DNA of 64,000 nucleotides from Prorocentrum cordatum (lineage: Eukaryota). The notes under the pieces are model-generated. The model made no database searches and was not told the DNA's origin. It saw only the letters and a list, made by a program, of their open reading frames with translations. Below, piece after piece: positions 10,561-20,943 of this stretch (the stretch's first letter is position 1; each line of letters starts with the position of its first letter). A program made the translations under genes and the position numbers. The DNA lies in assembly GCA_963575745.1 (NCBI GenBank), contig CAUYUJ010000303.1, forward strand, positions 310,001-374,000, read 5' to 3'.

Positions 10561-13500
10561 TGCGAAATATCGGGTCGGTGAAGCCTGGAGCAATCCGCTG
10601 GCTTATGACAAGTCGCGGAGGCGGGGCCAACCCGCGGACAGGATTCGCACCGATGACTACCTGCCACTTAAATTATGTGACAGAACTCTGCGTCTGATGG
10701 AAGATCACGCCATGTACCTAAAGGGCTGGTCTAAGACGGACGGTCGTCCATTTAACTTGATCATGACCGAACAAGATGTTGCTCCACGACCGTACCTCAC
10801 ACAGACAGTCCTCATGATAAGTGCCCAGGAAGACGAGGTCATGCCTGAAGCGGGGCCACCCGCAGGTGCGGGGACACCCGCGGCAGACACCCCGGATGGT
10901 TCATGGCAGCAAGTGGTCACACCAGTAGCGACGGTAGCATCTCCTTGGAGGCCGGACCAGCAGACATGGGTCCAGGCCCTCAACAGCTACTTGTCACCAG
11001 CCGACGTTTCTGGACTGACCGATCAGCTATACCGTGCTGACCCGTGGGCAGTGCATACAGGTATCCAAGATGCACGGCAGAGGAACCTGCGTACCCTTGC
11101 GGGGCCACCAGGCGTCCTAGGACCACAGCCACAGCGCCCTCCGCAGCAGGCTGGAGGCGCGAGGTTTGTCCCTATGGGCGGCTCCGATGGTGGCTCGCCG
11201 TTCCGGACTCCGCCGTCTGAGACGAGCGAGAACAGCTTGTGGCAAAGACTCCAGGCGATTCGCGGAAATCCAGCACTCGCGGCAGCACTCCAAGCAACCA
11301 CTCCCTTTGGCACTCCGAGGGGTAGTGAAGGAGGAGCAGCTGCGGGGTCACCCGCTGGGCGAACGCCTGCGGAGCCACCCGCACATGCGGGGCCACCCGC
11401 TGACGGACAGCAAGGTTCAGACTACGAACGTCGGGCAGCCAACCTAAGAGCACAGGCTACTTTTCTGCAGCAACAAGCTGATAGAGTGCCCAGCCTGTTG
11501 CGGAACCGCAACATAGATGTTACGAATCATGGCGACTTTCGGCCTCTCTGGAGCTGGACTTCTGAAGATGCTCCAAATGCTGATCCCACGAATCCATATC
11601 GACAGGTGTTTATTCCAGGAATAGCATCACACCCGATATATGGATGGGACAATCACGGTCCAGCAGAGGCGCAGGCCATGGACGCGCCGATGTACCCGGA
11701 GTACTACGCGCAGATGAATAACACCCCTATGATTGCGGGGCCACCTGCGAACGAATACACTCGGAATCTAGCCAATGAGATGTTTCGTTTGCAGTTTACA
11801 CGAGCGGTCGATGCGCAGTCTATGCCGCACTACGCCTACATGCCCACGCCGACGGACCCCGAGACCGTAGTTCAGCCAGCTGGTCTCGCGGTGCCAGCCG
11901 CTATGGGCAGCATGCCAGACTACATCCGCGACGTGCACAACACGCAGCAAGCGATACTGGCATCTAGGCAGCAGGCTCGGGACAACACTAGGCTGCGCCA
12001 ACAACGCGCGATCCAGAGAAGGATTGAGCGCGAGACCCAAGCGGGGACACCCGCAGAAGCGGGGCCACCCGCTGAACGGCCAGACAGACGGCCGCCACCG
12101 ACGCCATATCGGGAGGGCGAAACCACTTTCGAGCGCCAAGCTCGGACTCGCCCTGACGTGCCTGCTCCAGTCATTTCAGACTACAACTTCACACAGTGCC
12201 CAATCTGCATGGACAACTACGAGATGGGCACTACAGTGTGGAGACTGGCGTGTGGGCACTTCTTTCACGATATATGCTGGATCGTTGCACAGCAGCACGT
12301 CCGCAATCAGCGGCCAGGTGCGCCGAATGAGGCCCCCTGCGCTGTATGTCGTGGGCCGGGCATAGTTATAGCACACTTCCCGTATGCTGGACAGCGCGAC
12401 GCTGAATCAGAACAAGCGCGCCAGCAGGAAAGGTACGCGGCAGATGCCCGGGAAATGCGTCGGCCACGTGAAGCAGTGGAGGCACTGGAGGCTCGAGCCG
12501 CACAATCGGCGGAGCCATCCGCACGTGCCCCAGCTGCACAGGCATACCCCTGGCCAGCGCCAGAGCAAGGCATTCAGATGCCAATCCTGCCTACGCTTCG
12601 AGCGCAGGAGCCCCCAGCTGCGGGGCCACCCGCTGAAGCGGCTCCCGCCGCACAAGCGGGGCCACCCGCTGAAGCGGCTCCCGCCGCACAAGCGGGGCCA
12701 CCCGCAAATGGACCTCCAAATCCAGGTTTCCTGAGGACAATGGAGGCCAACATCAGGCGGAGTGGCAGGAGCGGAGGCGGGACTCGATGGCCAACTGGAT
12801 CAGCCAGGACCTCGCGAGTGGCAAGCCCGGTCAGCGCCAGGAGCCGGGCAAGCGCTGAGAGCGCAGAGGCAGCCCAGTTCCATACCACATTCATGATCGA
12901 TACAGAGGGGCTGACCTACGCACGTGACGACACGGACACGCTGCCACCAGGAGGTGAATGGATGTCCACGCTATCTGCGAATTATTGGGTCCTTGAGCAG
13001 GAACCAATTACCGTGGAGGAGCGCCGCCAGTATGAGCAGATGTGGTGCACCGAGCTGACCATGAGTCAATGGGTTCTTGAACAACGCCTGTTGAAGGGTA
13101 CACTCGGATCGCAGATCACGTACCACACCAATGACCATGGGACAATCGCTCTGGCAGCGCGCAATGGGACATTCTTTCCTGACGAAGATGGTATGCCCTG
13201 CATCTCGTTCATGCTGGACATTGGTTCCAATGTGAATATCATTGGATCCAACACGGCGCGAACCTTCCAGGAGATTATGGCCAGGTTCAACTACCGACCT
13301 GCCATATGCACCCTGAGCAAGACCCTCTACATCAATGGTGTTGGTGAGGGCGCTGCGATATGTCGGAAGATGGGCAACTTCACGATCGGGGTACAATATG
13401 CCAATGAGGCGAGCCCCCGTATTGAGGAGTATGCCTCCAACATCGCAGAAGGCTCGGGTGCCAATCTCCCGGCCATCTGGGGCCTAGGAGCCATGGAGGC

Positions 13501-14239
13501 ACGTGACACGATCATCGTGCTGAAGCCAGGCTACCAGAAGGTTATCTTCCCCAGCGGTGACTACACCCTGAAGCTGGGAAGAGGCGCCAAGGTCCTGAAG
13601 GCGAAGAAAACTCCCTCGGGACATCTCGCGATTCCCTGCGGTTTGTATGACGGGGCTAAAAGCCAGACGGCCACGAACACCTTCACAATCCGCAGCAGTC
13701 GAGATGGCTATACCGAGACGGAGAACGAAGAGGACCCCGTCAGTGCGGGGTCACCCGCCGAAGCAAGTGCGGGGCCACCCGCTGAAGCAAGTGCGGGGCC
13801 ACCCGCTGAAGCAACAGCGGGGCCACCCGCGACGGGACAGTCTATGACCGTCACGACCGATACGTACATTGTCGAGCCGTACATCGACGAGCAGCTCCTG
13901 GAAGACACGACCCGTTTGATCGTGGACAGGACGCTGAACAGCTGGTGGGAGGGCCAACAGTGTCCCGAAGGGACCTGGCCACATATGAAGGATGCCCTGA
14001 AGTCTAAGATCTTCTGGGCAGTCCAGGAGGCGGTGAATAAATGGTCGCCTGAGGACCAAGCGGGGCCACCCGCGTCACCGCCACCACCACCAAGCTACAC
14101 GGGCGGAGGTTCGTCGGACTCTGCGGGGCCAACCCGCGTGGAGATCGTTGGCGTGGCCACACCAGCGACTCCTGCGGAGCCATCCGCTAACAGCATGCCT
14201 CCGAGTCAGACGGCAACGTGGTCACACGACCGCCGCTGA
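10283..14239 (+). CDS. Polyprotein segment: Tpt1 C-terminus, low-complexity linker, RING-H2 finger, aspartic protease
   Basis: RING CPIC..LACGHFFHDIC..CAVCR at 12197-12352; retropepsin-like FMLDIGSNVNIIG near 13205-13245 with downstream PAIWG. Confidence 0.8.
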   Translation: MSRTSLLMAFHASHRTTLKDRGGRQFVHGCPYLLGDPRIQSGIRPDSEVLIFCSINKMLSSGFTLWRSANDIVMTRGHDGRIPPDHILQIVSIAKYRVGEAWSNPLAYDKSRRRGQPADRIRTDDYLPLKLCDRTLRLMEDHAMYLKGWSKTDGRPFNLIMTEQDVAPRPYLTQTVLMISAQEDEVMPEAGPPAGAGTPAADTPDGSWQQVVTPVATVASPWRPDQQTWVQALNSYLSPADVSGLTDQLYRADPWAVHTGIQDARQRNLRTLAGPPGVLGPQPQRPPQQAGGARFVPMGGSDGGSPFRTPPSETSENSLWQRLQAIRGNPALAAALQATTPFGTPRGSEGGAAAGSPAGRTPAEPPAHAGPPADGQQGSDYERRAANLRAQATFLQQQADRVPSLLRNRNIDVTNHGDFRPLWSWTSEDAPNADPTNPYRQVFIPGIASHPIYGWDNHGPAEAQAMDAPMYPEYYAQMNNTPMIAGPPANEYTRNLANEMFRLQFTRAVDAQSMPHYAYMPTPTDPETVVQPAGLAVPAAMGSMPDYIRDVHNTQQAILASRQQARDNTRLRQQRAIQRRIERETQAGTPAEAGPPAERPDRRPPPTPYREGETTFERQARTRPDVPAPVISDYNFTQCPICMDNYEMGTTVWRLACGHFFHDICWIVAQQHVRNQRPGAPNEAPCAVCRGPGIVIAHFPYAGQRDAESEQARQQERYAADAREMRRPREAVEALEARAAQSAEPSARAPAAQAYPWPAPEQGIQMPILPTLRAQEPPAAGPPAEAAPAAQAGPPAEAAPAAQAGPPANGPPNPGFLRTMEANIRRSGRSGGGTRWPTGSARTSRVASPVSARSRASAESAEAAQFHTTFMIDTEGLTYARDDTDTLPPGGEWMSTLSANYWVLEQEPITVEERRQYEQMWCTELTMSQWVLEQRLLKGTLGSQITYHTNDHGTIALAARNGTFFPDEDGMPCISFMLDIGSNVNIIGSNTARTFQEIMARFNYRPAICTLSKTLYINGVGEGAAICRKMGNFTIGVQYANEASPRIEEYASNIAEGSGANLPAIWGLGAMEARDTIIVLKPGYQKVIFPSGDYTLKLGRGAKVLKAKKTPSGHLAIPCGLYDGAKSQTATNTFTIRSSRDGYTETENEEDPVSAGSPAEASAGPPAEASAGPPAEATAGPPATGQSMTVTTDTYIVEPYIDEQLLEDTTRLIVDRTLNSWWEGQQCPEGTWPHMKDALKSKIFWAVQEAVNKWSPEDQAGPPASPPPPPSYTGGGSSDSAGPTRVEIVGVATPATPAEPSANSMPPSQTATWSHDRR

Positions 14240-14440
14240 CGGGGGCAGGCGGGCGCGCCGGCGGCGCTCGCTTGCGAAGAGAAGCCGAATACCGGCCTCC
14301 TCGCTACATACGTTGGCCGCGCTGAGGCCCGAGAGGAAAAATATCATTCAAAATGTCTTGTCATCGAAGATATTCGCACAGCTTGCGCTGAACTCCGAAC
14401 CCGTGGATATATATGCGACCGGATTACCCATAATGAGGTA

Positions 14441-17400
14441 ATGACTTCAACTGGAACACAGTATTTGGGAAATTTGTTGGCAGGAGACTACAATATGTTG
14501 TGGGTGGCCACACCCTCTGATTGGTACGTTCGTACTCCAGGAAAGAGGGCGGGACCACACTATCAACGTATACAAAATCTCCTGATCAAAGCGCGTGCTC
14601 TGAGGATGCAGATTGTTATCCTGGGGCCACCCGGGTATTTCTGGAAACAGGGTCCGATCAAAGATGTTATCGAAGATTTGAAGCTAAGCATTATACGAAT
14701 GAGACTCTGTCATTTCGGTATCAAGTTTGACCGCTCCAGTAAATATCCCAGTGGTTCTTATATACAAGTTGCTACATCTTGTCCTCATATACCGATAAAC
14801 TTATGGAGATGTACTTGTGGCTCACACAAAGAGCATGATTTGGATTGGTATGGCCAAGATCAGCAACGTGCCGAGTTTCGGCATAAAACTTTGGCTATCA
14901 TTATTGCACGCTTCCTTGATCAACTCAATAAAGCCAACATGATCAGGAATGAGCGGAGTGCGGTACACCTCAGTGTGTGTACTCGCGTTGACAAAAAGGT
15001 AAGACACTACGTCCCATGCCCACAAAAGGGCCCTCAATGGGACCATGTTGTTCGTAGATTCACGACCGACCTGGACACGAATAAGATCGTTCAAGATATC
15101 AGAATCCAGGATCAGCCGACTGGGTACAATCATGTAGCTCCATTGCCTGATGGGGTTACAAACATCAGTACTCGGTTATACTGGGAACCTCCGGCTCCAG
15201 TTCTTCACGGCGACGGTGAGTCGCGAAGGCCACGCCCAAAGCGTGTGACGATCGTCGATGACGATCGATCTCCTCCCCCTTCGATTGAGCGTTGCCAAAC
15301 GCGACCCACCTACTTTCCTGAAATTCCGTCACTTCCTGACTTAACAGCGGATTCCTCCGCAGCGGATCTCTCCGCGGAAACTGCGTTGCCCACTGATGCC
15401 AGGATAAAACAGAAAGAAAAGCAGAAAGCTGACGAAGAGGCTGGCATCAAACCAAAGAAAATCCCGAAGAAAGTGGAAGACGGCAACGACGACTGTGGAG
15501 AGGACCTCAAAGGGCTTGACTGCTCCACATATTTCAACGACGTTCCTCTTGACGACTCGGACTCGGACAGCGAATCAGAGGACATCTTCATGATGTTACC
15601 GGCGGGGCAACCCGCTGACTCACATGCTGATGTCTTCTCGATGGTCCAGTCATTATGCTACGGCAGAAACAATCAAGTGGACATGCTTGAATTATGTGGG
15701 GGCAAGGGTGGTATATCCATATTAGCCTTCAAGAGGGGACTCTCGTCAGGCGGGAACCTTGACAAGATATCTATGGTTGACCTTGGAAACTCGGAAGTAC
15801 AAAGAGCAGTCCTCCACTACCTCAAGACTTGCTTTGTCAAGATCACGATTCTGCAGCCAAGCTGCAGAACTACTGGACTTCCTTCATACTTCAATGCACA
15901 GGTCAATCATGATACGTGGCTTAAACACCACAAAGAGGACCTGCCTCACATCACGTTCTGTGGAACAGTCGCTCTACTACAAGACGACCTAAGACGTTTC
16001 TTTCTTAGGGAACAACCAATGGGCACGTGGGTGGATGAGATCCAGCCATGGAAGGAACTGGCACAACGCAAGGTCACTTGCCAAACGATTATTGATCAAT
16101 GCACGACTGGTCTCAAAGATTCGTTTGGACAATATATTCGCAAGCCAACACAGATGATGGCAAACAAAGAAGAGTTGTTGGCACCTTTCAGAGGCAAGCG
16201 TTGTCCAGGTAATCATGTGCACGCCAATGCTTGCAATAAAGAATTAGCAAGGGCGGCACAGTATACTTGCAGAATGCAGTCGCTGATCGTTGACGTGGTG
16301 CAAATCGCCAAAGATCTGTTTGCTTACGGTCGCGACCCATTCGCGAATCGTGAACGCAGCTATGCGTCCGTAACAAACAGTGCTGGCTACGACTTGGACG
16401 ACACAACAATCCAGAGACACCCAAACGGAGAAATCCGACGACCACCACCTGGCGGTCTTGGGCGCCCTGGCTGTGTGGACAACAATTACAAGCAATCACC
16501 AAAGCACAGCAGGGATCCGAAAATGTGTCGGTGGTATGATGTTGAACCATACTATTGGGACTGTCCAAGCTGTAAGAAGGAATATCAGAAGAGTAATCCT
16601 CACCACACCAAGATATCTGGCCAATGCAGATTCGCCGAAAAATGGAAGCTGCCAGATAACTTTGGTCAGCCGCGCCCGGCGGGGCAAGCAGCTCCTGCGG
16701 CGCCGGCCGCGGAAGCGGCTCCAGCCGCAGAAGCGGCGCCAGCCGCAAAAGCGGCGCCGGCCGCGAGAGCGCGCATACGCGCGCCTAGGCCGCCACGGCC
16801 CGGTGAGGGCGATCCAACCGCAGGCGCCAGCAGTCATGACATCACCAGAGCCGAAGGGGCTAATGGTGGCAACACTGGCGCTGGCAGCTCTGACGATCAC
16901 CGTAGACTGCCGCAAGTGGCAGCAAGGCGCGGACGCATGGAAGGAGGTGATCCTCCACCGCCGCCGCAGCCTCCTGTAGAGCCGAGGCCAAGGCCAAGGC
17001 TTCCTGATTGGACTCGTTTCGATGTTCAGCTCAGCCTTCAAAACCTGCGCAGCTTTGACCCAGCTGTAGTGCAGCGAGAACTCCGCAAGCTTCACTTGAG
17101 ATGGTTTCATGCCAAGGAACCAAAGATGCGGATGATTCTAGCTAAGGTTGGTCTGGGCGAAACCCGTTTGAGTCTGATTAAGGGCATTTGCGACTCATGT
17201 AGAGAATGTCGTGCCTGGGACAAACCAGGCAACACAGTGATGCCATCTGTGTCACTGCCAGGACATTTCAACGAGGAAGTCGAATGTGCTCTTTTCTTTT
17301 ACAAACAGGAACATATTGTTTTTCACATCATCGACCGTTGTATTCGTTGGGCAGCTGGTACAGAGATCCCCGATAAGACTATGCACACTGTTCTCGATGC

Positions 17401-19132
17401 CTATCACACAACTTGGATGCAGCATGGCCCTGCCAAAGTCTTATACTCCGACGGGGAAGGAGCACTGAATAACGATACAGCAAAGGCCATCCTTAAATCC
17501 AAGGGAACAGAGCTTCGTATCCGAGCGCGTGGCCAACACGCCACGACTATCGAAGCTAGGAACGGCATCCTGCGACACCTCATACACGTGATGGGAGAAG
17601 AATTGAATAGATTGAATATTCCTCTGAATTTCACTCGTCTTTTACATGGAGCCATGTTTGCCAGCAGTGCATTTACCTTCTACAACGGAGCTTCTCAGTA
17701 TAATGCGTTATATGGCAGACAACCAGCTATGCTTCCCGATTTCCCTGTCTTGGATCATGATCAGTCTGCTGAATCATCAGATCACTCAAGGGAGGAGACA
17801 ATCAGGAGGGTTAGTCTGGAGGCAATCACGCAGGCCACTGCGGTTGCCAAGACAAACAGGGCTCTTCGTACGAAGACTACTGCTACGGGTGAATTTCACT
17901 ACCGAGAGGGAGATCTCGTGGACTATCATCGCCCGACCACCACGAAAGATGACTGGGGTGGATGGAGTGGTCCATACCCGGTCATCCGCAACGAACCTGA
18001 CCGGGGTCAAGTCATCGTGAAGGTCGGCAGTCGCGAAGTGCGAGTACAGTATCCTGACACACGACATACGCTGTACATCGAAGCACTGATGGTCCGCGAG
18101 ATAGGATCGGACAATACGGCCCTTCGGACAGTATTGGCCTTTATTGCCGGTCTGTCAGCGGGGAAGCCCGCCATGACTTTTGGATACTTACCAGCGAAAC
18201 AGGGCCGGCTGCAGATGACTGCTGCGAGCCGGCTTTCGCCTAAAGTGCACCTGGCTCTTCAGTATCTCATTCGCAACTATTTTCGCATTGAAAACGTTGT
18301 TGCCGTACGACTTGCCAAGAGCCTGACTAAGTTGCCTGCTGCACCCTATGCAGACAGCTGTACACTAGTGCACTATGATAATGATGTGACCCCTGGCTTT
18401 CATTATTATGAAGCTGATGGCACCGCCTTGAACATCTACGACATCACAGGATCTACACACTCACGTATCATCCAGTGTCTCAAATCCAAGAAGCCGCCTG
18501 CTGGATTCGACCGAGACCTCACTAAATTTGAGGAACTCGCTGATGGTCCACCACCAAGCGAGTCACCTCCAGCAGCTGCTCCTGAGCAGCCTCCTGCGGA
18601 GAATGGTGGTCGGCTCCCGACCATCATAGAGGAAACAGAAGAAGATCTGGATGCCTTTGTCTTAAAGTCGTGGTATGCTGAACTGATGGATGACAGAACA
18701 CTCTTTGAAGCTGACACAGAAGAAGTCATGCATACAGTTCCGACATACATGACAGACACACAGTGTGTGTTAGTCTCTACGACCTGTGAAGATGTGCAAG
18801 GCCACTTGCCGGAGCGGGGTCACCCGCCAGGATACGACATGGACACCTCTTACTACGTTCCTTTGTGCCCACGGATCCGGACAACAAATATGATCTGGAT
18901 TCCGACGAGCACGGGAAGTACATCGAGCTCTGCTTCACAGCAGACATGTCCAAAGTCGTCCTGTCCGAGCAGCAACACCGATTGCTGGATGACAGCAGCG
19001 TCACAACTATGCGAGTATACGTTAGTGCTGCCTCCAAACGTGCCGTGGTCGTCAAGGAAGACGATCTACTCACGAAGGCCGACATTCAAGCGAATCCGGT
19101 CAAAGTTTCCAAAGCCCTATACACATAATTGA
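14441..19132 (+). CDS. Polyprotein segment: C5-DNA-methyltransferase-like domain and integrase
   Basis: MTase-like motifs LELCGGKGG, QPSC, REQP, DQC..G..RKPT at about 15670-16300. Integrase HLRWFH..CDSCREC zinc finger, YSDGEG, IEARN and SH3-like GDLVDY..WSGP at about 17080-18060. Frameshift likely near 18800. Confidence 0.85.
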   Translation: MTSTGTQYLGNLLAGDYNMLWVATPSDWYVRTPGKRAGPHYQRIQNLLIKARALRMQIVILGPPGYFWKQGPIKDVIEDLKLSIIRMRLCHFGIKFDRSSKYPSGSYIQVATSCPHIPINLWRCTCGSHKEHDLDWYGQDQQRAEFRHKTLAIIIARFLDQLNKANMIRNERSAVHLSVCTRVDKKVRHYVPCPQKGPQWDHVVRRFTTDLDTNKIVQDIRIQDQPTGYNHVAPLPDGVTNISTRLYWEPPAPVLHGDGESRRPRPKRVTIVDDDRSPPPSIERCQTRPTYFPEIPSLPDLTADSSAADLSAETALPTDARIKQKEKQKADEEAGIKPKKIPKKVEDGNDDCGEDLKGLDCSTYFNDVPLDDSDSDSESEDIFMMLPAGQPADSHADVFSMVQSLCYGRNNQVDMLELCGGKGGISILAFKRGLSSGGNLDKISMVDLGNSEVQRAVLHYLKTCFVKITILQPSCRTTGLPSYFNAQVNHDTWLKHHKEDLPHITFCGTVALLQDDLRRFFLREQPMGTWVDEIQPWKELAQRKVTCQTIIDQCTTGLKDSFGQYIRKPTQMMANKEELLAPFRGKRCPGNHVHANACNKELARAAQYTCRMQSLIVDVVQIAKDLFAYGRDPFANRERSYASVTNSAGYDLDDTTIQRHPNGEIRRPPPGGLGRPGCVDNNYKQSPKHSRDPKMCRWYDVEPYYWDCPSCKKEYQKSNPHHTKISGQCRFAEKWKLPDNFGQPRPAGQAAPAAPAAEAAPAAEAAPAAKAAPAARARIRAPRPPRPGEGDPTAGASSHDITRAEGANGGNTGAGSSDDHRRLPQVAARRGRMEGGDPPPPPQPPVEPRPRPRLPDWTRFDVQLSLQNLRSFDPAVVQRELRKLHLRWFHAKEPKMRMILAKVGLGETRLSLIKGICDSCRECRAWDKPGNTVMPSVSLPGHFNEEVECALFFYKQEHIVFHIIDRCIRWAAGTEIPDKTMHTVLDAYHTTWMQHGPAKVLYSDGEGALNNDTAKAILKSKGTELRIRARGQHATTIEARNGILRHLIHVMGEELNRLNIPLNFTRLLHGAMFASSAFTFYNGASQYNALYGRQPAMLPDFPVLDHDQSAESSDHSREETIRRVSLEAITQATAVAKTNRALRTKTTATGEFHYREGDLVDYHRPTTTKDDWGGWSGPYPVIRNEPDRGQVIVKVGSREVRVQYPDTRHTLYIEALMVREIGSDNTALRTVLAFIAGLSAGKPAMTFGYLPAKQGRLQMTAASRLSPKVHLALQYLIRNYFRIENVVAVRLAKSLTKLPAAPYADSCTLVHYDNDVTPGFHYYEADGTALNIYDITGSTHSRIIQCLKSKKPPAGFDRDLTKFEELADGPPPSESPPAAAPEQPPAENGGRLPTIIEETEEDLDAFVLKSWYAELMDDRTLFEADTEEVMHTVPTYMTDTQCVLVSTTCEDVQGHLPERGHPPGYDMDTSYYVPLCPRIRTTNMIWIPTSTGSTSSSASQQTCPKSSCPSSNTDCWMTAASQLCEYTLVLPPNVPWSSRKTIYSRRPTFKRIRSKFPKPYTHN

Positions 19133-20835
19133 AGACTTGGCTTGACAACAAATGCTTCCAGATGACTGACTTGAACAAAGCGTCGAACACCATGACTTCA
19201 CGCTATGTATACAAATGGAAGTTTGTCAAGAACGAGAAGGGCGACATGGAACGGACGATCAGGTTACGCTTAGTACTCCGTGGCTTCATGGACATTGAAG
19301 CCTTCGATGTCGAAACCTTCTCTGGCACAGCAAGGAGGTCAAACCAGAGACTGCTCGCAAGTTCTGCTGCATGCAGCAAAGCTTGGATCATCGCTTCCCT
19401 GGACATCAACATGGCTTTCTTAAAGGGACTGACCTATAGTGAGCTCGCCGCGGCAACGGGTGAGAAAGAGCGTGTGGTGTGCTTCACACTACCTCCTGGG
19501 TCAGCAGCTGTCCTTCGTACACTGCCAGGCTTTGAGTCACATGACGAATCAAAGCACTGTCTTCGGCGTCTGAAGCCGGGGACGGGCACGAAGGATGCTC
19601 CCAGGGCATTCTCGTTGAAGCTCAGGTCCATCACTCGGAGCTTTGGACTACAGCCTACGTCATACGACGAAGAATTCGAGATGAGCCCAAACCTCTTGAC
19701 AGCCAAACACGTTGATGACATTAATATGACTGGGAAGGAAGATGCTATTGACAAGTATGTCAAGTGTGTTGAAGATACGTTTGGAAAGTGCAAACTGAAC
19801 AAGCACACATACACAAACTGTGCCGTTCGGTACAACAAGACCGATGATGGGAGCGTCACTCTCGATCAGGACGAATACATCAAACAGCTTCGTCCTATCA
19901 CACATCCAGAGCTCACAGGCGCTGATCCTGAGAGTAAAGCGACAAAGACGATTTCTGATATGTTCGTCAGTCTTCGCGACGCTCTAGCCTATGCGTTGAT
20001 TACGCAGGTATGGCTGATGGTCTATGTTGTCTCACTACAACGTATCCAGGAACCGACAAACATCCAGGTACGACGACTAAACGCGGTTACCAGGAAATTG
20101 CAGGCAGGTCCGAAGAAGATCGTATATCAAGCTATGACTCCAACAGGAGAAGTCGACCTGCATAGCGACTCTGGCTATCGTCGTCTCAACGGAGACGAAG
20201 ACGACGAAGTCAAAGGCTATGGTATCCGCGGGGCTAACCTGCTGAGGCGTGGCCACACGCAAGCGGGGAAACCCGTCGTGCACCTGGTGGACGCATACTG
20301 CAAGTCTCATCGACTGCACGTGCGTTCGAGCTACTCTGCGGAAACACTGGCAGCAGCCCACAACTTGGAAGACTGCTACCCGACCATTGTAACGCTCCAC
20401 GAGCTACACTCGGGACCATTGACCCGCACACAGTTAAAGAACATATTGGAAATGGGTGGTCTATGTATCAAAGTCACTCTGACTATTGCTGCCGAGTCCG
20501 TCTTCAAGTCTTTGTCTAGCAAAGATCTGAAGAAGCCCACAGAATGTACTCTGCTTGGGCACATCAGCTGGATCCGCCAGATGATGGAGCGCGGAATCGT
20601 TGAAAGCGTTCAATGGTGTGACACGCGGGATATGACTGCCGATGGTCATACCAAAGGTAGTATTGACCGCGCGTTGCTCCTACAAGTAATGGCCGGCCAG
20701 CAATCCTTCAAGCACGAGCTGAAGAAACATACACCGTATAGGGCGGGCAGGTCGTCTCAAGACGGTCCTGCCTCCCGAGCTAGCGGGGAAACCCGCATGC
20801 AGGTGCGCTTTAGTAGCGAGGAAACTCGCCGGTAG
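19129..20835 (+). CDS. Copia-type reverse transcriptase and RNase H
   Basis: SRYVYKWK, RLVLRGF, LDINMAFL, GTKDAPRAF, HVDD (19708-19719); RNase H SDS, SSYSAE, MTADGHTK. The coding sequence probably joins upstream through the frame of 18865..19128. Confidence 0.92.
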   Translation: MKTWLDNKCFQMTDLNKASNTMTSRYVYKWKFVKNEKGDMERTIRLRLVLRGFMDIEAFDVETFSGTARRSNQRLLASSAACSKAWIIASLDINMAFLKGLTYSELAAATGEKERVVCFTLPPGSAAVLRTLPGFESHDESKHCLRRLKPGTGTKDAPRAFSLKLRSITRSFGLQPTSYDEEFEMSPNLLTAKHVDDINMTGKEDAIDKYVKCVEDTFGKCKLNKHTYTNCAVRYNKTDDGSVTLDQDEYIKQLRPITHPELTGADPESKATKTISDMFVSLRDALAYALITQVWLMVYVVSLQRIQEPTNIQVRRLNAVTRKLQAGPKKIVYQAMTPTGEVDLHSDSGYRRLNGDEDDEVKGYGIRGANLLRRGHTQAGKPVVHLVDAYCKSHRLHVRSSYSAETLAAAHNLEDCYPTIVTLHELHSGPLTRTQLKNILEMGGLCIKVTLTIAAESVFKSLSSKDLKKPTECTLLGHISWIRQMMERGIVESVQWCDTRDMTADGHTKGSIDRALLLQVMAGQQSFKHELKKHTPYRAGRSSQDGPASRASGETRMQVRFSSEETRR

Positions 20836-20943
20836 CGAGGCTACTCGCGCGCCCTTACCTTGTAGGCAGCCGCTGTTGCCTAGTACTGTTTTTTTTTCCG
20901 CGTAATGTAGTAATGCGGTGCTCGCTCGTCTCCCCCCCCTCCG

